Positions 9,521-18,690 are shown, counted from the first letter of the whole stretch. The stretch is 58,008 bases of DNA, filler included, from an uncultured Myxococcia bacterium (GCA_964617105.1; 3 parts of 3 records of this genome joined end to end with filler, not necessarily neighbours in it), one strand, 5' to 3'. Numbers and translations are program-made. Notes: generated from the sequence alone by a model not told the origin.

Positions 9521-11338
9521 TTATTTTCTTTCTTGAACGCCATCCAATAGGCCAAAAGCGTTGGTATCCAATTCGGCGGCATTGGCTTCATCAGTATCCA
9601 AATGCATGGCCAGTTTGGCTTTGTCGCTTACTCGAACGTGAACTCCGCCAAATATAACTTCCCGCTCTCCCGGAATCTTGATCCGTACCACATCCTGGTT
9701 ACACAAACTGTATTTCTTGGCGTCTTCCGAAGTCATATGGATATGTCGTAAGGGACAAATAACCCCCTTTTCCATTTTTATCCTGTCCTCGTTGCCCTCC
9801 AACACAATACCGGGAGTATTGTCCAGTTCGCCGGAAAGCCTTAGCGGAGCATCGATACCAAGCCTGCACTCTTCGGTTCTGGTTATCTCCACCTGAGTTT
9901 TTTCCCGCACCGGCCCAATGATGCGGACATGAGGAATCATATCACGGGGGCCAATCAAGGTTACAGTTTCCTCGGCTACAAACTGTCCTGGTTGAGAAAT
10001 ATCCCTGGTTTTGGTAAGAGTATAACCTTGGCCAAAGAGTTTTTCCAAATCTTCCTGGCAGAGGTGGATGTGTTGATCAGCGGTGATAATCGGCACTTTA
10101 AACTCCTCTTGAACCCTGTCCTCGCTGGCCTGCTGATATCCAACCCGGGTGGCGGTTTCCCTGGCAATCATCAAATCTTCTCTGGTTTTGACCACCAAAA
10201 CCTTGGTCTTGGATGAATCGCTGTGAATCTCAAATATCCCACTGTTATTCGGATTCCGAAAAATATTTTTCATCTCATCCAGGGCCACTCCCATCAAATC
10301 TAATCCCTGACAAGTCCTGGCCCGGATTCCCTTGGAGTTTTCGCCAATACCGCCGGTAAAAATCAAAATATCCAGATGACCCAAAACCGCGGCATAGGCG
10401 CCGATATATTTTTTCAACCGGTAGCAAAAAATCTGGATAGCCAGCAGGGCCTGGTAATTACCATTGTTGGCCTCCTCCATAACCTGCCGTATATCGTTAC
10501 TTAAACCGGATATTCCAGTCAATCCGCTCTGTTTGTTTAACAGTTTGTCGGTTTCGTCTATTGACAGTCCCAACTGCTTTTGTAGAACCAGCACCAGGGC
10601 GGGATCGATATCTCCGCAGCGGGTTCCCATAATCAGTCCCTCCAAAGGTGTCAAACCCATGCTGGTGTCGATGGAGCGTCCCTTTTCGATAGCACAGATA
10701 CTGGCGCCATTGCCCAAATGACAACTTATTATATTCAGCTCGTTCATCTCCTTGCCCAGATATTCGGCGGCCTTGTTAGCCACATAGGCGTGTGAAGTGC
10801 CGTGAAAACCGTAGCGGCGAAAGCCATGATCCCGGTATAAGTTGTAGGGAATGCCGTAAACATAGGCCCTCGCTGGCATAGAGGAATGAAAGGCGGTATC
10901 AAAAACAGCCACATGAGGAATATTGGGCATCAATTCCTGGCAAGCATCAATACCAGCCAGATTGATGGGATTGTGCAAAGGAGCCAGGTCAATACACTTT
11001 TTAATTTGCTCTTTCACTTCCGGGGTAATCACTCTGGAACTGGTCATCTTTTCACCGCCGTGCACTACCCGATGGCCCACTGCCTGAATCTCCTCCAGGT
11101 TGCTCAGAACGGGATTATCCTTCGCCACCAGGTTATTCAGGGCAAGTCTAACCGCTGCCAGGTGGTCTTTTACCTCTTTCACTTCCTTAACGGTCTGAAC
11201 ATCTTTCATAAAGGTATGGGCGCTGTCTTTCTGGCCGATATTTTCCACCAACCCTCCAGCCAGTTTTTCCCCTTCCTGGACATTGATGAGATCATATTTC
11301 AACGATGAACTTCCGCAATTAATTATTAGTATTATCAT
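9521..11338 (-). CDS. ackA: Acetate/propionate kinase fused to a C-terminal PduL-type phosphotransacylase
   Basis: AckA motifs NCGSSSLK, HRVVHGG, APLHN, FDTAFH, YGFHGTSH, CHLGNGAS, TGGIGEN. Last ~191 aa (9524-10096) carry PduL motifs HIHL, SQPGQF, QVEI, RHIHM, MHLDTDEANAA. AAGGAG RBS precedes ATG 11338. Confidence 0.92.
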   Translation of the reverse strand: MIILIINCGSSSLKYDLINVQEGEKLAGGLVENIGQKDSAHTFMKDVQTVKEVKEVKDHLAAVRLALNNLVAKDNPVLSNLEEIQAVGHRVVHGGEKMTSSRVITPEVKEQIKKCIDLAPLHNPINLAGIDACQELMPNIPHVAVFDTAFHSSMPARAYVYGIPYNLYRDHGFRRYGFHGTSHAYVANKAAEYLGKEMNELNIISCHLGNGASICAIEKGRSIDTSMGLTPLEGLIMGTRCGDIDPALVLVLQKQLGLSIDETDKLLNKQSGLTGISGLSNDIRQVMEEANNGNYQALLAIQIFCYRLKKYIGAYAAVLGHLDILIFTGGIGENSKGIRARTCQGLDLMGVALDEMKNIFRNPNNSGIFEIHSDSSKTKVLVVKTREDLMIARETATRVGYQQASEDRVQEEFKVPIITADQHIHLCQEDLEKLFGQGYTLTKTRDISQPGQFVAEETVTLIGPRDMIPHVRIIGPVREKTQVEITRTEECRLGIDAPLRLSGELDNTPGIVLEGNEDRIKMEKGVICPLRHIHMTSEDAKKYSLCNQDVVRIKIPGEREVIFGGVHVRVSDKAKLAMHLDTDEANAAELDTNAFGLLDGVQERK

Positions 11339-12416
11339 GGGCAACTCCTTTTATGTTTTCTATGAACCATTTTTCAAACTCTGGATTAAAATAGATCACT
11401 CTCTGTTTCTTGAATTCCCTGGTACTCAGACATATCCTATAATTGGTTTGGCCCGAAGCCGCAGTCATATGCTCCACGATCGCCTCCAGATCTTCCCTGC
11501 TCCTGGCGTGAATCATAGTGTAAAGTTGGTAGGGCCACTGTGGGAATGAATTTCTTATATAACAATGACTTACCGGTTTATAAGAGGAAAACTTGCGCCC
11601 CAGATTGTCCAGATCTTTATCATCCACCTGCCAGGTCACCATGCCGTTAAATAGAAAACCACTTTTCCGGTGGTCCAATATGGCAGAAATGCGGCGCAAA
11701 ATCCCCTTTTCCTGCATCACTTGAAGCCGCTTAACCAACTCATCCTGGCTGATACCAAGGGTAGTGGCCGCCTCTTTAAAGGGATAGCGCACAAGTTGTA
11801 TCTCTTTTTGGACTTGACAGATTATCTGCCGGTCCAACTGGTCATAACTACGTTTGATAGCATCATCTCTGACCCCCCCTTGATCCTGGTTAATTTCAAG
11901 ATCCTGATCTTTCTCCCCTTTCTCCCGGTTCTTAAGATCTAGCACCACCCCGATTTTAAAACGTTTTATGGTTTTGAACAGAAGCAGATCTTGGCAGAGG
12001 GGCTGAGCACGAAAATACTCAGTTACCGCTTCAAAAGAAAGACCCGGAGGGACTGCCAGAGTAAACCACAATTGATAGGGAACATCCCTCTGGTAATTGT
12101 GGCTGACACCAGGGCAACGATTTATAATATGAGACATCTCCTCTTCCTGGCCGGGTTTCACTTTCATGGCCAGCAGGGAGCTAGAAAAGCCCATGGCGGT
12201 GGTGTCGAATATGGCAGAAAATTTACGGATAATGCCCGCTTTTTTAAAATACTCTATGGCTTGCCACACATCTTCCACCGACAGATTCAATTGACGGGCA
12301 ATTACCTGGAAAAGATGTTTATCAATGGGCTGAGGTCGTTGAAGATGGTCGAGAATTCTGACCTCTTTTTGAGTCAACATTTGCCGTCGAGTGAGCATCG
12401 GATTAGAAGTTGCCAT
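11319..12416 (-). CDS. Fused siroheme decarboxylase AhbA/AhbB (NirDL-like, two Lrp/AsnC-like halves)
   Basis: First half VSHNYQRD..LWFTL..FKIGV; second half VSHCYIRN..WPYQLYTMIHAR..STREFKK. Confidence 0.88.
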   Translation of the reverse strand: MATSNPMLTRRQMLTQKEVRILDHLQRPQPIDKHLFQVIARQLNLSVEDVWQAIEYFKKAGIIRKFSAIFDTTAMGFSSSLLAMKVKPGQEEEMSHIINRCPGVSHNYQRDVPYQLWFTLAVPPGLSFEAVTEYFRAQPLCQDLLLFKTIKRFKIGVVLDLKNREKGEKDQDLEINQDQGGVRDDAIKRSYDQLDRQIICQVQKEIQLVRYPFKEAATTLGISQDELVKRLQVMQEKGILRRISAILDHRKSGFLFNGMVTWQVDDKDLDNLGRKFSSYKPVSHCYIRNSFPQWPYQLYTMIHARSREDLEAIVEHMTAASGQTNYRICLSTREFKKQRVIYFNPEFEKWFIENIKGVAHDNTNN

Positions 12417-12446
12417 TTACTTGCTCGAAAAAGAACCAGATTTGGT

Positions 12447-13400
12447 TTAGTTATTTAAAATTTTATCAATTTTTTCCGGTGCCCATGATTGCCCGGTAAG
12501 ACGGCAATAGGATAAACAACGCTCCTGGATCTGCTCCCGGTTTAGAGAGGTTATCCCCTCCAGGCTAAAATGTTCCACATTGAAAGAAGCCAATACTGTA
12601 CCAAAAATAGTGGCCAATTGAATATCCTGGAAAGAGAGGGCCTGTTGTCGTTCATATAAAAGGGACAAAACCCCCATGGTGCCACCAGCAAAAGTATCTC
12701 CCGCTCCGGTGGGATCCACCACCTCTTGCAAAGGATAGGCTGGAGCGATATATAGGTAATCCTTATACTTTATGATCAGTCCATATTCCCCTCGCTTAAC
12801 AACCAATATTTCCGGTCCCATCTGCTGAACCTTTTTAATGGCCCTGAAGATATTGTCTACATTGCTCAACATCCTCACTTCCCCATCGTTGATAACCAAC
12901 ATATTTACCTGTTTTAAAACTCGGGATAATTCTTTAGGGGTGCCCTGTATCCAAAAATTCATGGTATCAATGGCCACAAATTTAGCGCCTCCGGCCTGTT
13001 TCACTACTGTTTCTTGTAGAGAGGGGTGAATGTTGGCCAAAAACAACACCGGTATCTGACTATCAACCTGGGAGAGACGGGGTTTAAAATCTTGAAAAAC
13101 ATTTAATTCAGTGGTAATAGTTTCCGCCTGGTTCATATCGCCACTGTATTTGCCTTCCCAAAAAAAGGTTTTTCCTTCAGCCAGTACTTCCAAACTATCC
13201 AGGTTAACCCCTTTTGAACTTAACAAATCAATATGTTTTTTAGGAAAATCTTCCCCTACCACCGCCACCACCTTAGACTGAGTAAAATAGGAGGAGGCCA
13301 CTGAAAAATAGGAGGCAGAACCTCCCAGGCACCTCTCCCGTTTACCAAAAGGTGTTTCAACCGTATCCAGGGCTACCGAACCTACAACTAATAAGGGCAT
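12447..13400 (-). CDS. PfkB/ribokinase-family sugar or nucleoside kinase
   Basis: VGSVALD, LGGSASY, DTMNFWI, VKRGEYG, DPTGAGDTFAGG; start taken at MPLLVVG. Confidence 0.9.
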   Translation of the reverse strand: MPLLVVGSVALDTVETPFGKRERCLGGSASYFSVASSYFTQSKVVAVVGEDFPKKHIDLLSSKGVNLDSLEVLAEGKTFFWEGKYSGDMNQAETITTELNVFQDFKPRLSQVDSQIPVLFLANIHPSLQETVVKQAGGAKFVAIDTMNFWIQGTPKELSRVLKQVNMLVINDGEVRMLSNVDNIFRAIKKVQQMGPEILVVKRGEYGLIIKYKDYLYIAPAYPLQEVVDPTGAGDTFAGGTMGVLSLLYERQQALSFQDIQLATIFGTVLASFNVEHFSLEGITSLNREQIQERCLSYCRLTGQSWAPEKIDKILNN

Positions 13401-13560
13401 GGTTTTTTCTCCTATAACTAAGACAACCGCGACAACCGCCAGATTTTCCATATTACATTTTATTATTTATTAAACTAGTTAATTTAAACAGGGAAATTTA
13501 TCAAAGTCAAATTAATTCAGACTGATACAGCAGGCTGGTTGCGGATCTGAGCCTTTCAAC

Positions 13561-13589
13561 TTGACAATTGTGGAATAAGGGGATATTTT
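13561..13589 (+). promoter_or_regulatory. Putative sigma70 promoter for the cytochrome/porin genes
   Basis: TTGACA (13561-66), 17-bp spacer, TATTTT (13584-89); same -10 hexamer as the putative groES promoter. Confidence 0.5.
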
Positions 13590-13596
13590 ACCTCCT

Positions 13597-14496
13597 ATGA
13601 ATAATAGAGATGTTACAATCTACCGGATAATAAAATCAGGCTGGAAAATAGGCTTAAAAGCCCTTCTGTTTCTACTTTTTGTTACTTTTCTGTCTGTATG
13701 CGGCGATTTGCGCAACTTTCAGGATAAATCTGCCAATCGTGGAGAAAACGACTGCGCCTATTGCCATTACAACATCATGCCTCACGAGCCCCAGCCCTCC
13801 CATTGCGGAAAGGACTTGTGCCAGACCGATTGCCGGCCCAACTATTCCCATTGCGGTGATGATTGCCCCGATTGTCCCTGTGATTGCAAAAAAGAGGACG
13901 ACCTTCACAAAACCCATCTGGTCGAAGGTAATTTAACTACCCGTCTCCAGTGTCAAGACTGCCACCTTACACCTAAGCGCTGGGATGATATCGGACATTT
14001 GGATTCTCCTGCTCCAGCAGAGGTGGTATTCAGTTCAAAAGCCTCACGAGGCGGTCTAAATCCGACTTATACCAATAAAACCTGCAACAATATCTACTGT
14101 CACGGCGCTTCTATTAAAGGAGGGGGCAATGGATCGCAGATGAAATGGCAGGACTCTAAAAGTTTGCAATGCTCCTCCTGTCACGGCAATCCACCATCGG
14201 GACACCTGGAAAAAGTCAATAATTGCCAGGCTTGTCATCGCCTCAGTTTTCAGAACAACGACCTGGACAAAAAACGGCACATAAACGGCCGGGTGGAGAT
14301 GGTTCCTTTTGATTTTGAAACCGACACTCCCAACTGTGGAACCTGTCACAGTCTACCTCCCAATAACCAGCATACACCCGCCACAAAAGATTGTTCCCAG
14401 TGCCACCCCAAATATCCGCTCTACGACCCTGGCAAAGAGGATAAATCCAGCCAGTGGTCCACCCACATGAACGGAAAAATAGAGATAGTAAAATGA
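13597..14496 (+). CDS. Multiheme c-type cytochrome, CxxxxCH/CxxCH (Geobacter-type) domain; probable lipoprotein
   Basis: Six CxxCH (CAYCH, CQDCH, CSSCH, CQACH, CGTCH, CSQCH) plus CNNIYCH; HING/HMNG motifs; hydrophobic stretch ending LSVC. Confidence 0.9.
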   Translation: MNNRDVTIYRIIKSGWKIGLKALLFLLFVTFLSVCGDLRNFQDKSANRGENDCAYCHYNIMPHEPQPSHCGKDLCQTDCRPNYSHCGDDCPDCPCDCKKEDDLHKTHLVEGNLTTRLQCQDCHLTPKRWDDIGHLDSPAPAEVVFSSKASRGGLNPTYTNKTCNNIYCHGASIKGGGNGSQMKWQDSKSLQCSSCHGNPPSGHLEKVNNCQACHRLSFQNNDLDKKRHINGRVEMVPFDFETDTPNCGTCHSLPPNNQHTPATKDCSQCHPKYPLYDPGKEDKSSQWSTHMNGKIEIVK

Positions 14497-15830
14497 TAAA
14501 TAGACCCCCAAATTTCGCTTCAAAAAGGCGGACCGGCTGGAAAGTTTTCTGGTCGTTTTTTCAATCTCTGGTTGCTTTGTCAATAATCCTGGCAATTTTA
14601 TCAACCTGGTATTCACAGGCCTGGAGTACGGAATTATCTGCCCAAACCACCAGTTTTTTGCAGTTCAGGGCTGAAGACTATGAAAACCAGGTGACCCACC
14701 GAATCCCTTTTTGCCAGTATCTCAATCTCTACGGAATGGATTTAGCCGGGGCCCAGGGGCTGTCAATAGCCATTGGCGGGTGGGGGATGTACGACCTTTA
14801 CCAGTGGCGAACCAAAGATCGGGCTGATGGTGATCTTAATTTTGGCTATCTGGACTACCAGTTCATTGACGGGGTCTCTCTGCGCCTGGGTAGGCAATTT
14901 ATCTACGAAAGGGCTTCCCTGGTCAAACAGGTTGATGGACTGCGGCTGCAAATTAACGGCCTGGGCGGTTTTGGACTCAGCCTGTTTGGCGGAAATGTTT
15001 CACCGCCCCGATTCGATTACAGCCACAAATTTGGCCAGGATGATTACCTGGCCGGTGGACGTCTTTACTACCGGATGTTGGACATAGGACAGTTTGGTAT
15101 CTCCGCTGCGGTAACCACAGATGAAGGTTTTGTGTCTCGCGCCGATCTGGGGGTCGACTTTTCCCTGCGCTCATATAGATATTTTAACTGGGCCGTCCTG
15201 GAGGGCAGCGCCCTTATGGATGCTCCAGGCAAGCAATTAGCAGAATTAAATACCGTTATTCATCTCTACCCCCACCAGAATTTAGTCCTGGATATGGGTG
15301 TGAATCATTCCAAAATCGGCGCTTTGCTGCCCAAAACCTCTATTTTTTCGATATTTGCCGCCGACAATTACACCAAAGCCTATTTGGCTTTGAATTATCA
15401 GGCTTTGACCTTTCTCAACACCGGCCTGGAGGCCAGTCAAAGTTTCTTTGACCATGGCGAAAACGGATATGCGGCTGGTTTCCACTCGACCCTATACCTG
15501 GATCCCAAAAAACAAGATATGTTGGGAGTTAAACTATTTCGGGTCAAAGAGAAAACCAACGCCTTTTGGCGATTACGCAGTTTCTGCCTGTTCAATTTCA
15601 TCAACACCCTGTACACCACTTTTGAGTTGGAGGGGCTGATATTCGACCATAACCTACGGAACCAGTCTTATTCCTTAAGCAGTTATGGTTCCCTGGGCGC
15701 CCGTTTAGGGCCAGTTGAGTTGGCGGGTGAAATCGGAGTTTCCTCCAATCCAATTTTTGAACGGGAACTCTACGGAATGTTAAAATTGAGCCTGAACCGA
15801 CAAGTAAACTATTCAACTGCATCAAAGTGA
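14493..15830 (+). CDS. Putative outer-membrane beta-barrel (porin of a porin-cytochrome complex)
   Basis: Signal peptide (..SQAWS), LRLGRQF..VDGL motif, alternating aromatic/aliphatic strands; overlaps both flanking cytochrome genes by 4 nt. Confidence 0.7.
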   Translation: MINRPPNFASKRRTGWKVFWSFFQSLVALSIILAILSTWYSQAWSTELSAQTTSFLQFRAEDYENQVTHRIPFCQYLNLYGMDLAGAQGLSIAIGGWGMYDLYQWRTKDRADGDLNFGYLDYQFIDGVSLRLGRQFIYERASLVKQVDGLRLQINGLGGFGLSLFGGNVSPPRFDYSHKFGQDDYLAGGRLYYRMLDIGQFGISAAVTTDEGFVSRADLGVDFSLRSYRYFNWAVLEGSALMDAPGKQLAELNTVIHLYPHQNLVLDMGVNHSKIGALLPKTSIFSIFAADNYTKAYLALNYQALTFLNTGLEASQSFFDHGENGYAAGFHSTLYLDPKKQDMLGVKLFRVKEKTNAFWRLRSFCLFNFINTLYTTFELEGLIFDHNLRNQSYSLSSYGSLGARLGPVELAGEIGVSSNPIFERELYGMLKLSLNRQVNYSTASK

Positions 15831-16903
15831 ACAACAATATCATGGCAAAATATAGAGTTACCGTTCTTTTGCTGGCTTTTTTGGCGATTATTTTACTTTT
15901 TGCGGCCTGCCGCTATTTTGTGGATAAATCGGATCAGATAATTTTTTCCCACCAGACCCATCTGGACCAGGGGAAGGAGTGTCAAAACTGCCATAGCGAA
16001 ATAGAGGAAGCCACCTCCCTGAATACCAGTTTTTTACCCAAAAAGGCTACCTGCGAGCGGTGCCATCTAGAGGTTATGAATAAGTGCGAAAGGTGTCACA
16101 CCAACCCTCAACAGGCATCCACCTATCTGGTGCGAGAGCACAAGTTAAACTTCTCCCACCAAAAACATTTAAAAACCGAAAACTCCGCCAAAGAGAAAAT
16201 AAAAGGTAAATCGCAGTGTCTGGTCTGCCACCAACAGGCCGCTACTTCTAACAGCCACCATCTGGCTGGTCATCAGGAGTGCAGCGGTTGTCACCAGGAA
16301 AGGCTGGACAAATTAAACTGCTCTGCCTGCCACATAGACCTGCACCGTTATACCAAAAAACCAACCCGGTTCTTCAGTCACAAAGGTAATTTCAGTCGTA
16401 ATCACGGTCAGATGGCCAAATCTGGTTCCGATGTTTGCCGCCAGTGCCATCATACAGGTTTTTGTTCTGACTGCCACAGCCAGCGGGATAATCTCAGACC
16501 CTCGGTTAAAAATCGGGGAAAAATGGAAAGTAATTTTATTCATAGAATGGATTGGTTGTCCCGCCACAGCGTAGAAGCCAGATTAGACCCTAATTACTGC
16601 TCCAAATGTCACGGCAGCAGCAGTTGTCAGGATTGTCATACCCATCACGGCATCGCTCCCAACTCCGAAAAGAAATTCAACAACCATCCCCAGGGTTGGG
16701 TAACACTTCATGGCTCAGCCGCCAGGCGGAATATAGTCAGTTGCGCCGCCTGCCATGACCAGGGTGCGGCCAGCAATTGTGTCCGCTGCCACAAAAGCGG
16801 CAGTATAGGCGGTAATCCGCATCCACCGGGCTGGGACAGTTCTATCAACCAATCTAACCGCCGGATGTGCAACATCTGCCATAAAGCAGGCATCGCCCCC
16901 TAG
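15827..16903 (+). CDS. 13-heme c-type cytochrome lipoprotein (cytochrome c3/c7-like repeats)
   Basis: 13 CxxCH motifs counted; FSHxxH distal-ligand motifs; lipobox FAAC. Confidence 0.92.
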   Translation: MNNNIMAKYRVTVLLLAFLAIILLFAACRYFVDKSDQIIFSHQTHLDQGKECQNCHSEIEEATSLNTSFLPKKATCERCHLEVMNKCERCHTNPQQASTYLVREHKLNFSHQKHLKTENSAKEKIKGKSQCLVCHQQAATSNSHHLAGHQECSGCHQERLDKLNCSACHIDLHRYTKKPTRFFSHKGNFSRNHGQMAKSGSDVCRQCHHTGFCSDCHSQRDNLRPSVKNRGKMESNFIHRMDWLSRHSVEARLDPNYCSKCHGSSSCQDCHTHHGIAPNSEKKFNNHPQGWVTLHGSAARRNIVSCAACHDQGAASNCVRCHKSGSIGGNPHPPGWDSSINQSNRRMCNICHKAGIAP

Positions 16904-16914
16904 AAGATGCGCTG

Positions 16915-18690
16915 CTATCGTTGCCCGCCCCCTCCTGGAAACTCTTGGCAGAGTTGCAACACCTGCGCAGCCTTCTCCTGATTGAGAGCCTGATTGGCCA
17001 GCCGGACGGCATCTTTAATGGATATTCGGGAGATCAACTCTTTTATTCTGGGCAAGGCTTGCAAATTGACGCTAAAAGTGTCCAAACCCAGCCCTAACAG
17101 CAGGGGGCAGTACTCCTCCCGGGCCGCCATCTCTCCACAGAGAGAAACTTCTATGCCCGCCCGGTTCCCGTTTTCTATCACCTGTTTTAAAACTCGTAAA
17201 ACCGCCGGATGGTGAGGGAGATAAAGATCTGCCATCTTTTCTTCGGAACGGTCTACCGCCAACAGGTATTGAACCAGATCGTTGGTGCCAATACTGAAAA
17301 AATCGGTGCGGGCGGCTAAAATATCGCTCACCACTGTGGCTGAAGGCACTTCGATCATTACTCCCACTTTTACCTGCCGGTTGAACTCCTTACCCTGAAC
17401 AATCAACTCTCCCTTCACTTCCTCAATGATCTCTCCTATCTTCTCAACCTCTTCCACCCCGGAAATCATGGGCAACATCAAACGCAAATCCCCCTGGGTA
17501 GAAGCCCGAAGAATTGCTCTCAGTTGATTCTTGAACATCTCTTTAAACTTAGAATGTAAAGGATTATCTGCCGGCAGCAAGTAAAGACGAACAGCCCGCA
17601 GGTCAAGGGCTGGATTCTCCGCCTCTTTCTGATCGGAACTCAATTTGTCACCACCCAGGTCAAAAGTACGAACTATCACCGGATGGGGAGATACCGCCGC
17701 CACCACCCGACAGTAATCTCTATAGAGATGTTCCACAGAGATTGAATATTCATCTCTGGTGTTCATATATTGATATTCGGTCCTATACAGACCAATACCA
17801 TCTGCCGCTTGGAGCAAAGGATCCTCCAGTTGCTGTAAAAGTTCTATATTGGCCCTGAGAAATATCCGTTTTCCATCTTTACTGTGAGTTTTATCTTCTT
17901 TCCTGGTTCCAGTACCGTTTATAACCGTCCTTTTCAAATTGTTTTTCTGTCTCCGCCTATAACTTTCCAAACTAGCCCGATCTGGACTACAAACTAAAAG
18001 CCCTTGCTGGCAGTCTACAATCAAATGCTCCCCATCCTGCACCTGGGAAGAGAGACCCGCATCTCCTTTCAACAGAGGTAGTCCCATAGCCCTGGTCAGA
18101 ATAGCCACGTGGGAAGTGGGACCGCACTTTTCCAGAACAAATCCGCCCGCCCGGCCTTCAATCAGGTTCACCGCATCCAAGGGTAGGAGTCGAGTCGCAA
18201 TGATCACTTTCCCCTGGGAGGAAAGGGTGGTAAAATTAACCTCATTTTCCTGACCTAAGAGCGCGGAAAAAATTTGCTGGAAAATATCCTTGACATCATC
18301 CCAACGCTCCTGGAAATAATCACTGTCCGATTCTAAAAAAATCTGCTGGTATTTTGCCCGGGCTTTTGATAGAGCCCACTCGGCATTGATCCCGTCCTGA
18401 TGTACTATATCCACCGTCTCCTGCAAAAAAGCCTGATCTTTTAACATCATCCCCTGAATGGCGACAATCTCCTGCAACTCAGTTTGGATTTTACTATGGG
18501 TGATTTTTTGCTGGCGGTTTTCAAACCAAGTGGATGCCTGAGCAAAGGCTTTCTCCAGCCTCTGGCTCTCCAGTGAAGATTGATTTTTATCTATATGTTT
18601 CTGAAGAAAAGTGAAGTCGGCTTGCTCAAAATAAAGGGCATCGCCTATAGCGATACCCGGGCTAATGGTAGTACCGGAGATGGTTTTCAT
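16915..18690 (-). CDS. ptsI: PEP-protein phosphotransferase (PTS enzyme I)
   Basis: TSHVAIL phospho-His, GIGLYRTE, RTFDLGGDK, MIEVPS, FSIGTNDL, CGEMA. Confidence 0.95.
   Translation of the reverse strand: MKTISGTTISPGIAIGDALYFEQADFTFLQKHIDKNQSSLESQRLEKAFAQASTWFENRQQKITHSKIQTELQEIVAIQGMMLKDQAFLQETVDIVHQDGINAEWALSKARAKYQQIFLESDSDYFQERWDDVKDIFQQIFSALLGQENEVNFTTLSSQGKVIIATRLLPLDAVNLIEGRAGGFVLEKCGPTSHVAILTRAMGLPLLKGDAGLSSQVQDGEHLIVDCQQGLLVCSPDRASLESYRRRQKNNLKRTVINGTGTRKEDKTHSKDGKRIFLRANIELLQQLEDPLLQAADGIGLYRTEYQYMNTRDEYSISVEHLYRDYCRVVAAVSPHPVIVRTFDLGGDKLSSDQKEAENPALDLRAVRLYLLPADNPLHSKFKEMFKNQLRAILRASTQGDLRLMLPMISGVEEVEKIGEIIEEVKGELIVQGKEFNRQVKVGVMIEVPSATVVSDILAARTDFFSIGTNDLVQYLLAVDRSEEKMADLYLPHHPAVLRVLKQVIENGNRAGIEVSLCGEMAAREEYCPLLLGLGLDTFSVNLQALPRIKELISRISIKDAVRLANQALNQEKAAQVLQLCQEFPGGGGQR

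Noticed and set aside
9521-10096. Bacterial microcompartment locus implied by PduL
   Set aside because: No BMC shell genes or evident encapsulation peptide in the window
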